NCBI GenBank assembly: GCA_026770705.1 | Contig: JANJGN010000049.1 | Coordinates: 1,302,001-1,366,000, forward strand | DNA length: 64,000 bases | Direction of reading: 5' to 3' | Source of the DNA: Isurus oxyrinchus | Lineage: Eukaryota | Part shown: positions 51,451 through 64,000 of the stretch, one piece after another | How positions within the stretch are numbered: the first letter of the stretch is position 1 | How the letters are laid out: each line of letters starts with the position of its first letter | Notes under the pieces: model-generated | The model's input: the letters and a program-made list of their open reading frames with translations, nothing else | Databases searched by the model: none | Told to the model about the DNA's origin: nothing | Made by a program: the position numbers and the translations under genes

Positions 51451-52759
51451 ATGTCCTCGTTCACTAACTCATTCTCCTACTTGCCTCATACCATATTACA
51501 CTTGCAACAGCTACCATCTTATCTTGTTCAGGTTGCCTGGAGAGACTTTAAAATGAATAAAACATTCTCATAACAGCTTTAAAAACAGAAATCAGGTATT
51601 GATATGTTTTGCTTCCTTTTCTTCTTCTCAAAGATTTTATTGTATTAAAAGTAACCCACTAAGTTGTGTCTGACCCTTTTCTTTTAGAATTATCCCAGAT
51701 TCATTAACTCGGACAAAAATTGGATTTCTGCCAAACTTTGTCAAGGTCTTGAGCTTAGCTTCATATTTTGGGAACAGACTTATAAATACAAAAGCTTGCA
51801 GCATTTGAATCAGTGCCAATTGTTGTCAGACCTTTTAAAATGAAAATTCCCTTTTTGAGAACTTTATCTAGAACCAAACCTCAAATTTTTAAACTTTGTA
51901 AGAACTGTAATTTACACTATCAAAATTAAAACAACCTCTTTTTCATGTGTAATGATTTGCATCCAAGTTATAATTTCCGTATGTTTATCGACACTTCTTT
52001 ATCTTAGATAGCATCCTAGTGATTCAAAAGTAACCTGTTAAATTACAGTGCACTTTACATCTCAAGATTGTCCCAAATTCAAATTACAGTGCTTTTGGAA
52101 TGCAGATTTCCTTTAATATTTAATTCTTCCCTTCATAAGAAACCCCTTTTTATCCACTGGAACCACCTAGACCTTGTGTTTATGTCTTTTCATTTTCCTA
52201 GAATCCTTTTGAATTTCAAGTAATTTCCTTTTTCTCAGAATTTTAGAATACTAGCTCGTATGTATTAATCCCAGTCAGCTTGGAACCTGATGATGAGGGT
52301 TATTCCCTACTAGTCTGCAAGGGGGTGGTACAAGGGTTGGTTCATCTCAAACAAAGGCAAGCCCTGTTTTATCTTTACACTACCTTCAAATTACAATTTT
52401 TGCCAGAAATCTCAACTCAAACCTTATACTCAAAACTTTGGAATGTTTGAATAAACTTTACCTTTAATCTAATATGGGGCTTTCAACTCTAAAGTGCTCA
52501 ACTACACACACAAAAGGCAATTCAGGTAAGAAAACATGTTAAATCTCACATGCAAATGCTTCATTGCACACAAACAAACACATAGATAAAGGTATGTATC
52601 AATACTCCTATAATATTGATCTTAACTTTAAACGAAGCTTCGAGTAGCAGTGGGAGAACAAAGGGATCTTGAAGGCTCCACCTAGAGGGACCTTCAAACT
52701 GACAAAAGCTCACATTTTCTCTGCTGCTGCTTGTCAATTGCTTATTAACCCCTTGAGGT

Positions 52760-52790
<31 letters not shown>

Positions 52791-53676
52791 TCAGCACAAA
52801 CAGCTCTTGTAACTTAGCTTAATTCATTTTTTTAAGTTATAGAAAATTCAGTAGCGTTCTACCTACTTCCCTTAAAACATATTATAAGCACTCAAATCTG
52901 TTCTGATTAAAAGTTCCAGCTGGTGGGAAGCTCTCTCCTTTACTTTGAGTCCATTGAACCCAATAAGAAACATATTGGAAAATTTCAGGACCATAATGGA
53001 CAAACATATAAGCATTTGGCGTTCCCTTCAAAGGGGGAACCTGGGGTTTCTTTGATGTCATATTTCACATTTTATTTAATAATATACACAAAAGAAAACA
53101 CAGAAATTACTTACTTTTCACCTCCAGGGGACTCGAACCCCTGGATATACTACTACTGCTTTTTTCGTTTTCTTACCCATCTTCAAAGTTCCTAATTGAA
53201 GCTCCGGTTTCACTGGTTTCAGTTTGTTCTTAGTACTTTGAGAAGCGGGGGGAGTGGCAGGGCCCGCTCTGCTGTTGTGACCTCCCATTTTTCTGAAAAG
53301 AAAACAAAATTAACAGCGTGGCGCGTTTTGCTACCCTATGCGCTCACCGGTGTTTAAGAGTTCCTTAACAAGTCCTCCAGTTCCTTGGGTTTTTTTGAGT
53401 CCGATCGGTAGATACCCATTTTCAAGCAATCCTCCTTTCAGCTAGGATGCTTTTCGTCCCCATTTCACCTCTCCAACTTAAGAGGTAGCTGGGATGCTAT
53501 TTAACTGCACTCCCCCTTTCAGCTAGGATACAGTTCGTACTCTCCCCAACTTAGGAGAGTCTCTCCCTTTCTCCGCGAGGGTTCTTTTTCAGAGATCTGA
53601 CGGTCCAAGTTTTCAATTACCTCTCCAACTTAAGAGGTTACCTCTCCAACTTCAGAGGTCACAGGACCTCAGTCGG

Positions 53677-53735
53677 AACCCACCTTCGTCACCAAATTGT
53701 TGCGGAAAAACAGAGTGAACACTCAGATCCAGGAG
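53677..53735 (-). promoter_or_regulatory. ERV primer-binding site (tRNA-Ser GCT-like) and U5 end of the truncated 5' LTR
   Basis: TGGTGACGAAGGTGGGTT lies 3 nt after the LTR-terminal CAACA. It is complementary at 16/18 to the vertebrate tRNA-Ser(GCT) 3' end as I recall it (ATCCCACCTTCGTCGCCA). Confidence 0.75.
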
Positions 53736-54740
53736 AAAAACAGAATTACCTGGAAAAGCTCAGCAGGTCTGGCAGCATCAGCAAAGAAGAAAAGAGTTGA
53801 CGTTTCGAATCCTCATGACCCTTCAACAAAACTAGGTGAATTCAAGGAGAGGGGTTAAATATAAGCTGGTTTAAGGTGGGGAGGGGGGGTGGGTTTGGTG
53901 GGGGGGGGTGGGGAGAACTGCAGGGGGGTGGTGTGATTGTAGTGAAGCAGCATTTCACTTGCATTTCTCCCAACTTAACCTAATGTATTCGTTGCTCCCA
54001 ATGCAGTCTCCTCTACATTGGAGAGACCAAACGTAAACTGGGCGACCGCTTTGCAGAACACCTGTGGTCTGTCCGCAAGAATGACCCAAACCTCCCTGTC
54101 GCTTGCCATTTTAACACTCCACCCTGCTCTCTTGCCCACATGTCTGTCCTTGGCTTGCTGCATTGTTCCAGTGAAGCCCAACGCAAACTGGAGGAACAGC
54201 ACCTCATCTTCCGACAAGCACTTTACAGCCTTCCACACTGAATATTGAATTCAACAACTTTAGGTCTTGACCTCCCTCATCCATCCCCACCCCCTTTCTG
54301 TTTCTTCCCCCTTCCTTTTGTTTTTTCCAATAATTTATATGGACTTTTCTTTTCCCACCTAGTTCCATTATTTTTAAATCTTTTATGCCCCTCCACCACC
54401 ACTAGAGCTATACTTTGGGTGCCCTACCATCCATTCTTAATTAGCACATTCGTTTAGATAATATCACCAACCTCAACACCTCTGTGTTCTTTTGTTCTTA
54501 AGTCTGTGACATCTTTTGATTATCTGCTCCTATCACTGCTTGTTTGTCCCTACAACCACACCCCCCCTCCACTTCTCCCCCCACCCCCCCCCACCTTAAA
54601 CCAGCTTATATTTCACCCCTCTTCTTGGATTCAACCAGTACTGCTGAAGGGTCACGAGGACGCGAAACGTCAACTCTTTTCTTCTCTGTCAATGCTGCCA
54701 GACCTGCTGAGTTTTTCCAGGTAATTCTGTTATTGTTTAG
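53736..54740 (+). mobile_element. 5'-truncated Penelope copy with inverted pLTR, truncating the ERV 5' LTR
   Basis: Inverted arm 53736-53941, then the GIY-YIG C-terminus (LYIGETKRKLGDRFAEH) and pLTR, closely similar to 48498-49320. Confidence 0.88.
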
Positions 54741-55279
54741 CATTTATTACCCATCCCCAGGTAAGGGCAGCAGGTTTCCCTCCGTAAAGGACATTAGTGA
54801 CCCAGATGGGTTTTTACAACAATCTCGAATAGTTTCATGGTCACCATTGGACTTTTAATTCCAGATTTTTTATTACATTCAAAATCAATAACATTGTGGA
54901 TCCTGTCAAAGTCCTGGTTCAGTTGTAAATATATAAAATCCCTCTCCTTCCTCCTGCACTTCCCACCCACTCCCCACTCACCCCCCACCCCCCGCCACCC
55001 CCTCCACCGCCCACCCACAGCCTCCCTCTCTCTCTCTCTGCCTCTCTACATAGAGGCCAGGGTCTCGTGTAGGCCTTGACTGGGTTGCAGGTTCCCTTCC
55101 CTGAAGGACATTAGTGTACCAGCTGCTTATTTATGACAATCCAGCAGTTTCATGGTCACTTTTTCCTCATGCTGGCCCCACAAATGACCAGATTCATTCA
55201 GCTCAATTTCACAACCTGTCTTTGTGTTTTTGTGGGTTCTCTCTCACTCCCTTTTTTCTGTTTTAAATCAATTTCACAG

Positions 55280-56252
<973 letters not shown>

Positions 56253-56439
56253 TTGGGCTTTTCTCTTAATCTGGGATTAATCACATCCAGGACTGAGCCA
56301 TGTTCATTAGGTCGGTTTCTGTTGATCTTAATAAATCCCAGCCCACTTATAGGGGGTAATTTATGTTATTGAAGCGCTTTGTGTTAAACAGCATATTGAA
56401 TTTTCTTAGTATCTCTGATACAAGTTAGTGTCCTTCGAA

Positions 56440-57570
56440 GGGCTCTCCCTCTCCCCTGTCTCCTCCATCCTCACCTCCAACAACAAGTGTGAGGAGCTCA
56501 TGGAGCTTCTTTGTCACTAAGATTGAGACAATCTGATCAGCTGCCTCTGCTGCTTCCCTCCCTCCCACTAGCCCACCCAGACAAACTGTCTCTAAAGATC
56601 TGCCCTCTCATCTTGAACTCACACCTTCCTTTAGGTTTTTCTCCATTAAACCATTCCCCCCGCCTCCGTCTTCTCAATGCTCACCTTGTCCATGAGACCT
56701 GCTCTATTGACCCTATTTCCAAAAAACTGCTAGCAGTGAGAAGAATGTTGGATGAAGGTTTATGAAGGGTGGAAGATGGGGGACCAGCCAGAGGAGCATA
56801 GGAATAGTCGACTCTGGAGGTAAGAGAGGCATGGATGAGGATTTCAGCAGGAAATGCACTAAAGGGTGTTGGGGAGAACTGATATTCCAGAGGTGGATGG
56901 AGGTGATCTCCTTCATGGAGAGAATGTGTAGTCAGTAACTCAGCCCTCAGTTTAGGGTCAAATAGGAAACTAAGGCTGCAATTGGTCTGGATTAGCCACA
57001 GACCGTGGCCAGGGAGAGGGGTGGAGTCAGTGATGAAAGAAACAAAGTTTGTGATGGGGAGATTTGTGATCTGGATCATTAATCCATCTCCTTGACTGTA
57101 GTTGTGTGGACCTGAGCATTAATTAACCTCTGCCGTAAAGAACTACATGACAGAAACAGCCATTCAATTCAATCCCAATGTGTTCATGAAAATTTCCACT
57201 CACCAATTGGACTTTCAAGGATGATGATAATTTTCCACGTGACAGAATGTGCCCTGTCAATGCCCACAGGAGCCCAGTGAGCATGTGCGGCACCGGGTTG
57301 TCCTCTGAGCATGTGCAGTGGGGGAGATGAGCAGCATTGCAGAGAGGAAAATGGAGAAGAGGATTGGTGAGATTTCACAGCCTCATTTGACCCCACTTTT
57401 CACTGAGATAGGGAGGATGGTTCTTTTAGCAATTTCAGCGGACATGGGAAAGTTGGATGGTCAGCATTGAGTAGGAATAGGGTGGATGGAGCAGGAGTTG
57501 GGTCCCATGGGCAAGATCAGCCCTGACAGGGCAGGAGGGAGATTGGAGAGAAACTAAAGGAAGATATGGG
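56440..57570. mobile_element. L2 LINE fragments in both orientations
   Basis: Plus-strand piece at about 56440-56735. Minus-strand AEILIHASLTSRVDYSYAPLAG..STLHK at about 57060-56750. A further minus piece at about 57570-57400. Confidence 0.65.
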
Positions 57571-58859
57571 TTCACGTGGATGTGGAACATGAAGATCAGG
57601 AGCCAGTAGAAGATTTTTTATTGAATAACAGAGAATATAAAGTCCGGAATAAGACCATTTTGTTCAACGAGTTTGTGCTGGTGTTTACATTTCACCCACG
57701 TTTCCTTCCATTCCATCTGCCTCCTCCCAGCCTTTCAGCTTCTCCACCTCATCCCTTTTCTCTCATTCACTCATCCCGTTTCCTTTTGAAAACATCGAAG
57801 CTATTTCACCTCACCCACTTCCTGTGGCAGTGCATTTCACATTTACTCTGAGTAAAGACACTTCCCATCGTTTCCCTGTTGGATTTAGTAGCAACTATCC
57901 TGTATTTATGGCCCTAGGTTTTGATTCTCCCACAAGTGGAAACATTGGCTTCACATCTACCATATACATTCCATCATCATTGAAAAGGCCTCTTTATATC
58001 ACCTCTAAATCTTCTCTTTTCAAAAGAGAAAAGTCCCAACCAGTTCAATCTTTCCCAATAACTGTAATCTCTCATTTGTGATATCATCCTTGTCTATCGT
58101 GTATCCTTGCATCATGTAAATCACCATTGCAAAGTTTATTGCACTTTCGCCAGTGATTATACAGAGCTCAGAGCTTTGCACTGACTCCGATACACATGAA
58201 CATAATTTTACTGTTTCTGAATTCCATTCTCGTAATAAAACCCAGTCCTTTGAGTATTTTAGTTGAATTGTTGATTTGCCATCATTTTTAACATTATTTG
58301 TTCATGATATCCTGAGGTTGCCTTGCTTTCCTACCCCATTCATTTTCTTTTTCTCTAAGGTGTAGGAGATGTTTGTCCTCCTCATAGCAAAGTACATCAT
58401 TGCACTTTATCCATGTTAAAGTTTATTTACCACTTGACTGCCCAGTATGCAGGTTTTCTAATGTTGTTTTGTATTATGTTCATCCTTCCTCAGTGTTAGA
58501 TATACAGCCTCCAGTTTGTTATCAGCTAAAAATTCACATTGAGTCCCAATCATGAATGAACATTATGACTAACAGTGGACCCAGCACTGATCCTTATGGA
58601 TCACCACTTTCAACCTGTTTCCAATCTGGAATTGGGGAGGGGCGGGAGTGAATTGCATGGAATTCGAATCAGGAAATGAATAAAATAGATACACTTCAGG
58701 GGAAAATAGACAAGTCTATGAGGAAGAAGGTTACATTGGTAGATGTAGCTCAAAAGATGGGAGAAGGCTCGAGTGGAGTGTAAACACCAGCTAGACTGAT
58801 TGGGCAGAATGACCTGATTCTGTGCTGTATATCCCCTTTGTAATCTAACTCTAAATCCA

Positions 58860-59275
58860 CGGTATTATTTCTGTCTGGAAGCAACATTGCATTAAAACTA
58901 AAATCAAACTTTACCAGGCCATTGTCCTGAGCACCCTGCTGTATGGAGCAGAATCCTGGGTCTGCTCTTGCAGCCACATTAAAGCTCTGGAACACTTCCA
59001 CCAAAGACACTCGAGGTCCAGCCTGAGAATTAGATGGCAGGACAACAATCACAAATAACGAGGTTCTCCGTCACGCTGGGTTCAACAGCTTGGAGACCAC
59101 CCTCCAGAAAGTTCAGCTCCGATGGCCAGGCCATGTTTCCCATATGGACAATCACAGAATTCCCAAGCTGATCTTCCATGGGGAACTGTCTCAGGACAAA
59201 CAACATCAAGGTGGTCAGTACAACCAATACAAGGACACCCTAAAAATGAGCCTCACAAACTTCTGCATTGCAGAC
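58860..59275 (+). mobile_element. RTE (BovB-like) LINE fragment
   Basis: TKIKLYQAIVLSTLLYGAESW..LEHFHQR..IRWQD..QLRWPGHVSHMDNHRIPKLIFHGEL..GGQ..YKDTLK. Confidence 0.85.
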
Positions 59276-59289
59276 CGCCTCTCCTCGGA

Positions 59290-62200
59290 AAACACTGCAG
59301 TCGGCCGGCTGAGTTCTGGTCACCATATCATAGGAAGGATGTGATAGCACTGGAGAGGGTGCAGAGGAGATTTACCAGGATACAGCCCGGGCTGGAGTGT
59401 CTTAGCTATGAGGAAAGATTGGATAGGCTGGGTTTTATTTCCTTCGAGTAGCAAAAGGGACCTGATAGGTCTGGTATAAGATTATGAGGAGCAGTAGTAG
59501 GGTGGATAGGAAGGCACTTTTTCCATTAGTAGAGGGGTCAATTAACTAGGAGGGGGAGGGCAGGGGGTGGGGGCATAGATTTAAGGTATGAGGTAGAAGG
59601 CTAAGAGGGGAGTTAAGGAGAATTGATTTTTTTTTTCACTCAGAGGGTGGTGGGAGCCTGGAACTCGCGGCCTGAAAGGGTGGTTGTGTCAGAAACGCTT
59701 GTAACATTTAAGAAGTGTTTAGATATTCACTTGCATTGCTTTAGCCTCCAGGGCTTTGGGCCAAGCACTGGAAAATGGGATTGGTGTAGTCAGATCTTTG
59801 TGAGCAGCATGGGCACAATGGGCTGAATGGCCTTCTCCTGTGCTGTAAATATCTATGAGTGTAGAAGTGGAGGCAAGCACTGAAATTTTATTCAGTGTGT
59901 TTTGAGGACCATCTACATAAAACTCAACATCTGAAATGCCCAGAGGAAGGTCAGAGGTGGTACAGATGCAGAAGTTCACCCAAGCACCACCAACAACAAT
60001 ATGAAAGGCCAGTTCTGTGGACGTTCATGTCAATCTCACACCGAGCTCTTCAGTCAGGACAGGATCCACAGAAAATGATTAAATCATTTACAGTTTGGAC
60101 ACAATCGAACAATGAGGAGTTTATCACAATATTATCCGTTCTCCAGATCAGGGGACGATATTTGTCTGTATTATTGCAGTGCTGTTAGTAAAATCAGTGT
60201 GAGACAATCTTTTGTTGTGAGATTGATTATCTGGTGTCACAAACTACAAGATTCAACATTTAGAGTCAACAAGATGAACAAGGGAACACCAATTGTCCAG
60301 CTCAATGTTCACAGGAGAAAGCCTGCTTTCTAATACCTCGAGTGGACAGAACAGAGAAAGATTCCAACCGTAAGAAACCCTCGAATCATTTGTAAATATC
60401 TTTCAAATGTTGACAAGTTTCAGCTGTCAGTCTCCATTACATTGAAGTTAATGGTAGGTGAGAGAATAGTTATTCAAGAGCTATAAAAAACACTAGTTAG
60501 AGCACAGCTAGAGTACTGAGTCCAGTTCTAGTCAGCAAATTACAGGAAGGATGTGATCACACAGGAGAGGGCACAGAAGAGATTTATCTGGATGCTGCCA
60601 GGACTGAAGAATTTTAACTCTGAGGAAAGATCGGATCAGCTGGGGCTGTTTTCTTAGGGACAGGGGAGGAAGAGAGGAGATTTAACTGAGGTATATAAAA
60701 TTATGAGGGACCCAGGTAGAGTGGATAAGATGGACCTATGTCATTTACAGAGCGGTCAGAACCAAGAGGACAGAGATTTAAAGTAATTAGTGGAAGGCTT
60801 AGAGGGGAATTCAATAATGCTTTTACTCAGAGGGTGCTGGGTCTTGGAACTCACTGACTGAAAGGGTGGTGGAGGCAGAAATACACAGATTTAAAAAGTA
60901 CTGGGATGTACACTGGATGTGCTGTAACCTACAGGATTACGCACCAAGAGCTGGAAAGTGGATTAGACTGGATTGCTCATTTTCGGCTGGTAGACACATG
61001 ATGGGCTGAATGGCCTCCTGCTGTAAATTTCTATGATTCTGTGGTGACAAGTGGTCCTTGTGTTTTTACCCGAGACAGACCTCAGCTCAGTCATTTGCTC
61101 CAAGTGTTGATGTGATGGATGAAGCTAAGAGGTGCCAAGTATTGGTAGCAGCAGGATGAGTAAATAAAATCGAGGCGTCTGTAAATACTGATATAGTTTC
61201 TGTATCTAGTTCCATTTTTATATCTTCTGTTGAATGTGGCCCTCACCCAGTGTCAGGATATTGGATCAGAGCTACCACAGAAATTGAATTTGACACCAGT
61301 GAGATAGACAATGTCAACTGGATCCTCAGCAACTCTGCAACCTCTTCCAGTCCCACAACCCTCTGTGTAAATACAAGGTGCTGTTGTTGGATTACACCCT
61401 GAAGATAGACATTGTAAATATTTTTTAACTTTTACTCTTCAGGTGAAGTATCTTTATTCAGGCTGTTTTCAAGGTTTTGCAAGATGTAACCAAACAGTGA
61501 TTTACTTGTACTTCTTGCAGTTTAGTTACTATATTCACTGCTCATGATGCGATCTGCTTTACATCGGGGAGACCAAACACAGATTGGGTGATGACTTTGT
61601 GGAACAACCTCCGTTCAGTCTGTGAGCTTGACCCTGAGCTTCTGGTCACTTGTCATTTTAATTCTCCGCCTCAGTCCCACTCTGACCTCTCTGTCCTCGG
61701 CCTCCTGCACTGGTCCAATGAAGCTCGATGGGGGCTTGAGGAACAGCAGCTCATCTTTTGATTTGACACTTTACAACCTTCCGCACTCAACATCGAGTTC
61801 AGCAGTTTCTGCATCAACAGAGAGTTGTCAGGATCTGGAACATTCTCCCTGAAAAGGTGCTGGAACCTGATTCTATCAGGGATTTTAAAAGGAAGTTGAC
61901 TGGGATTTGAGATTGAGGAACTTACAGGGTTACGAACAGGGACTAAACACAACTGCTCTTTCAAAGAGACAGCACAAGCACAAAGTGTTGAATGGCCTCC
62001 TTCTGTGCTGTAAGTTTCTATGATTCCAGGAGTTGGCCATTTAGCCCCTCGAGCCTATCCCTCCATGCAATCAGATCACGGCTGATCTGTGACCCTTTGT
62101 CTCATGTGCCTTAATTTATACCTTGAGTTAGCAAAAATCTATCAATGTCAGATTGAAACTGAATATTGATCAAGCATGAACTGCCAATTCAGGAAGAGAA

Positions 62201-63200
62201 TTCCAAACTTCTCCCAACTTTACCTGGAGAAGGTTTTCCTAATCTCACTCCTGAAAGGTCTGGCTCTAATTTTTAGACTATGTTCCTCAGTCCTGGATTT
62301 CCCAACCAATGGAAATTGTTCCCCTCTATCTACCACACCATTTCCAATTAATATCATGAAAACTTCGAGAAAATCCTCCTCAATTTTCTAAATTCCAGGG
62401 AATGTAACCCTCACAGTGAGATGATGAATACTAGCAGAAGGAATAGGGAGAGGCAATAGATACTTAATGGTACAGCCCCAAAGAGTGTGCAGGGATAGGG
62501 GGACCTGGGGGTTGATATGCACAGACATTTGAAGGTGACAGGACATATTGAGAGAGCAGTTAGCAAAATATCTGGGATCATGGGCTTCATAAGCAGATTT
62601 AACGTGCATGAAAGCAGGGAAAAATAAGACGACCCGTTATAAAGCTCTGGTTAGGTCACAATAGGAGTATTGCATCCAGTTCTGGTCTCCACACTTTAGG
62701 AAACATGTGAGGGTCCTCGAGAGGCTGCGGAGAAGATTTGCCAGAATGGTTCCAGGAAAACAGGAATTCAGTTACAAGGTTAGATTGGAGAAGCTGGAGT
62801 TGTTCTTGGAATAATGGAGTTGAGAGGAGATTTGATAGAGGTGGACAAGATTGTGACAGGTTTAGATAAGATGGACAAAGAAAAAGTTGTATCCACTAGG
62901 TGATGAAACAAGGATTAGAAGGACACAGACTGAAGGTTATGGGCAATAGATACAGGGCAAATGCAGGGAAGAATATTTTACACAACAAGTGGTAATAACC
63001 CAGAACTCTCTGCCTACGAGCAGGCTGGAAGCAGACATGATCAATGATTTAAAATTAAATTGGACCAACATTTAAGAGAAATAAATATGCAGGGAGTTGA
63101 AGACACAGCGGGGCAATGAGACAGACTGGATTGCTCTACCGAGAGCTGGCATGGACTCAATGGGCTGAATGGCCTCTTTCTGTGCTGCAATGACTCTGAC
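59290..63200 (+). mobile_element. Cluster of CR1 3' fragments (about 59290-59860, 60470-61040, 61830-62400, 62420-63200) with a Penelope GIY-YIG fragment (about 61520-61810)
   Basis: EFWSPYHRKDVIALERVQRRFTR and FTQRVVGAWNS repeated; LYIGETKHRLGD..CHFNS..LSVLGLLH..LEEQQLIF. Confidence 0.8.
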
Positions 63201-63479
63201 ACATTTGTTTGACCTTTCCTCATAATTTAACCCTTGGAATCCAAGTGTTATTCAGGTACATCTGCACTGCTCTCCCACTAAGGCCAATGTAGTTAATCCT
63301 TCCTAAGGTGCTGCCCAGAACTGAACACAGTATTCCTGTTCTGATGAAAGGTCATGTTGACCTGAAATGTTAACTATGTTTCTCTCCACAAATGCTGCCA
63401 GACCTGCTGAGTGCTTCCAGCATTTTCAATTTTTATGACAGTGGTTTAGGTGCAGTCTAACCAGGATTTTGAAAATTTT

Positions 63480-64000
63480 GGTGCTTTTCCCACAAACAGA
63501 ACAGACAAACCTTTTTCCTTCCACAGTCAAAGTCATTTAGATCCTGATGACTCGAGTGACTCTGTCAGACCTTGACGTGATGTTTGGTTTGAGTTTCTCC
63601 ATCTGCAAATCCTTCCCATTGGAAATCCTGTAAAAAAGAGATTTAAAAAAAACCCATCCCTGTCAGTCCAGGGTAGAAATTAAGAGACAAACATTTCTCT
63701 TGGTTTGAGTTTACTGTGTGTAAATTCTCCCCTTCTAACCCTCTGGAAAAGGAGTTTCCAAACACTCGGTATAAACTCAGCTCCGGGAGTTTCTAATCCG
63801 GGTGTGGAGTCCTAGCACCGGGTGTTTGTGAACCCTCCCAGTCCATCCTCAAGCTCCATTCCGGCTCCATTCCTCTCCTTCATTCCGCCCTTTCTCACCA
63901 GCTGGATTTTCAACCCGACCACCTTCATCCCGATCCTCACCCGCAATACGCATGCTCCAATTCAAGTCCACCACGCCCCTCATTCACTCCGATTGGTCGG
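63480..64000 (-). pseudogene. 5' part of a second C2H2 zinc-finger gene, truncated after the first half-finger
   Basis: TTTTACAG|GATTTCCAATGGGAAGGATTTGCAGATGGAGAAACTCAAACCAAACATCAC parallels 55271-55340. It is followed by EGKRFVCSVCGK, with a GC-richer CCAAT-containing region at the window end. Confidence 0.6.

Larger units (their letters stand above)
43728..53735 (-). mobile_element. Defective mosaic endogenous retrovirus (LTR-PBS-...-PPT-LTR)
   Basis: 3' LTR at 43728-44262; 5' LTR remnant at 53698-53735 is 35/38 identical to it. PBS at 53694-53677, PPT just inside the 3' LTR, and integrase and env fragments between. Confidence 0.88.

Overview
Repeat-rich vertebrate genomic DNA, most likely a shark (inferred from the CR1, SINE and Penelope repeats, the GPR139-like and KRAB-less C2H2 gene families, and the Ig gene structure). 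No intact cellular gene is visible. (1) A three-exon, minus-strand, non-rearranging (germline-joined) leader-VJ-C1 light-chain-like gene at 8.8-13.5 kb keeps its promoter and polyA signal but has two frameshifts. (2) A TCR-alpha/delta-like V pseudogene with a 23-bp-spacer RSS lies at about 42 kb, with fainter V-like relics elsewhere. (3) A roughly 10-kb minus-strand endogenous retrovirus (43.7-53.7 kb, tRNA-Ser PBS) is a mosaic of three integrase segments and two structurally different env genes. (4) A young Penelope-like element (833-aa RT plus GIY-YIG ORF, inverted pLTR, minimal hammerhead, TSD) sits at the mosaic junction. (5) Two degenerate minisatellites share a 39-bp period. (6) The rest is GPR139-like and C2H2 zinc-finger pseudogenes, many LINE, SINE and Harbinger fragments, and one 132-N gap. 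Repeat boundaries were read by eye and are approximate.
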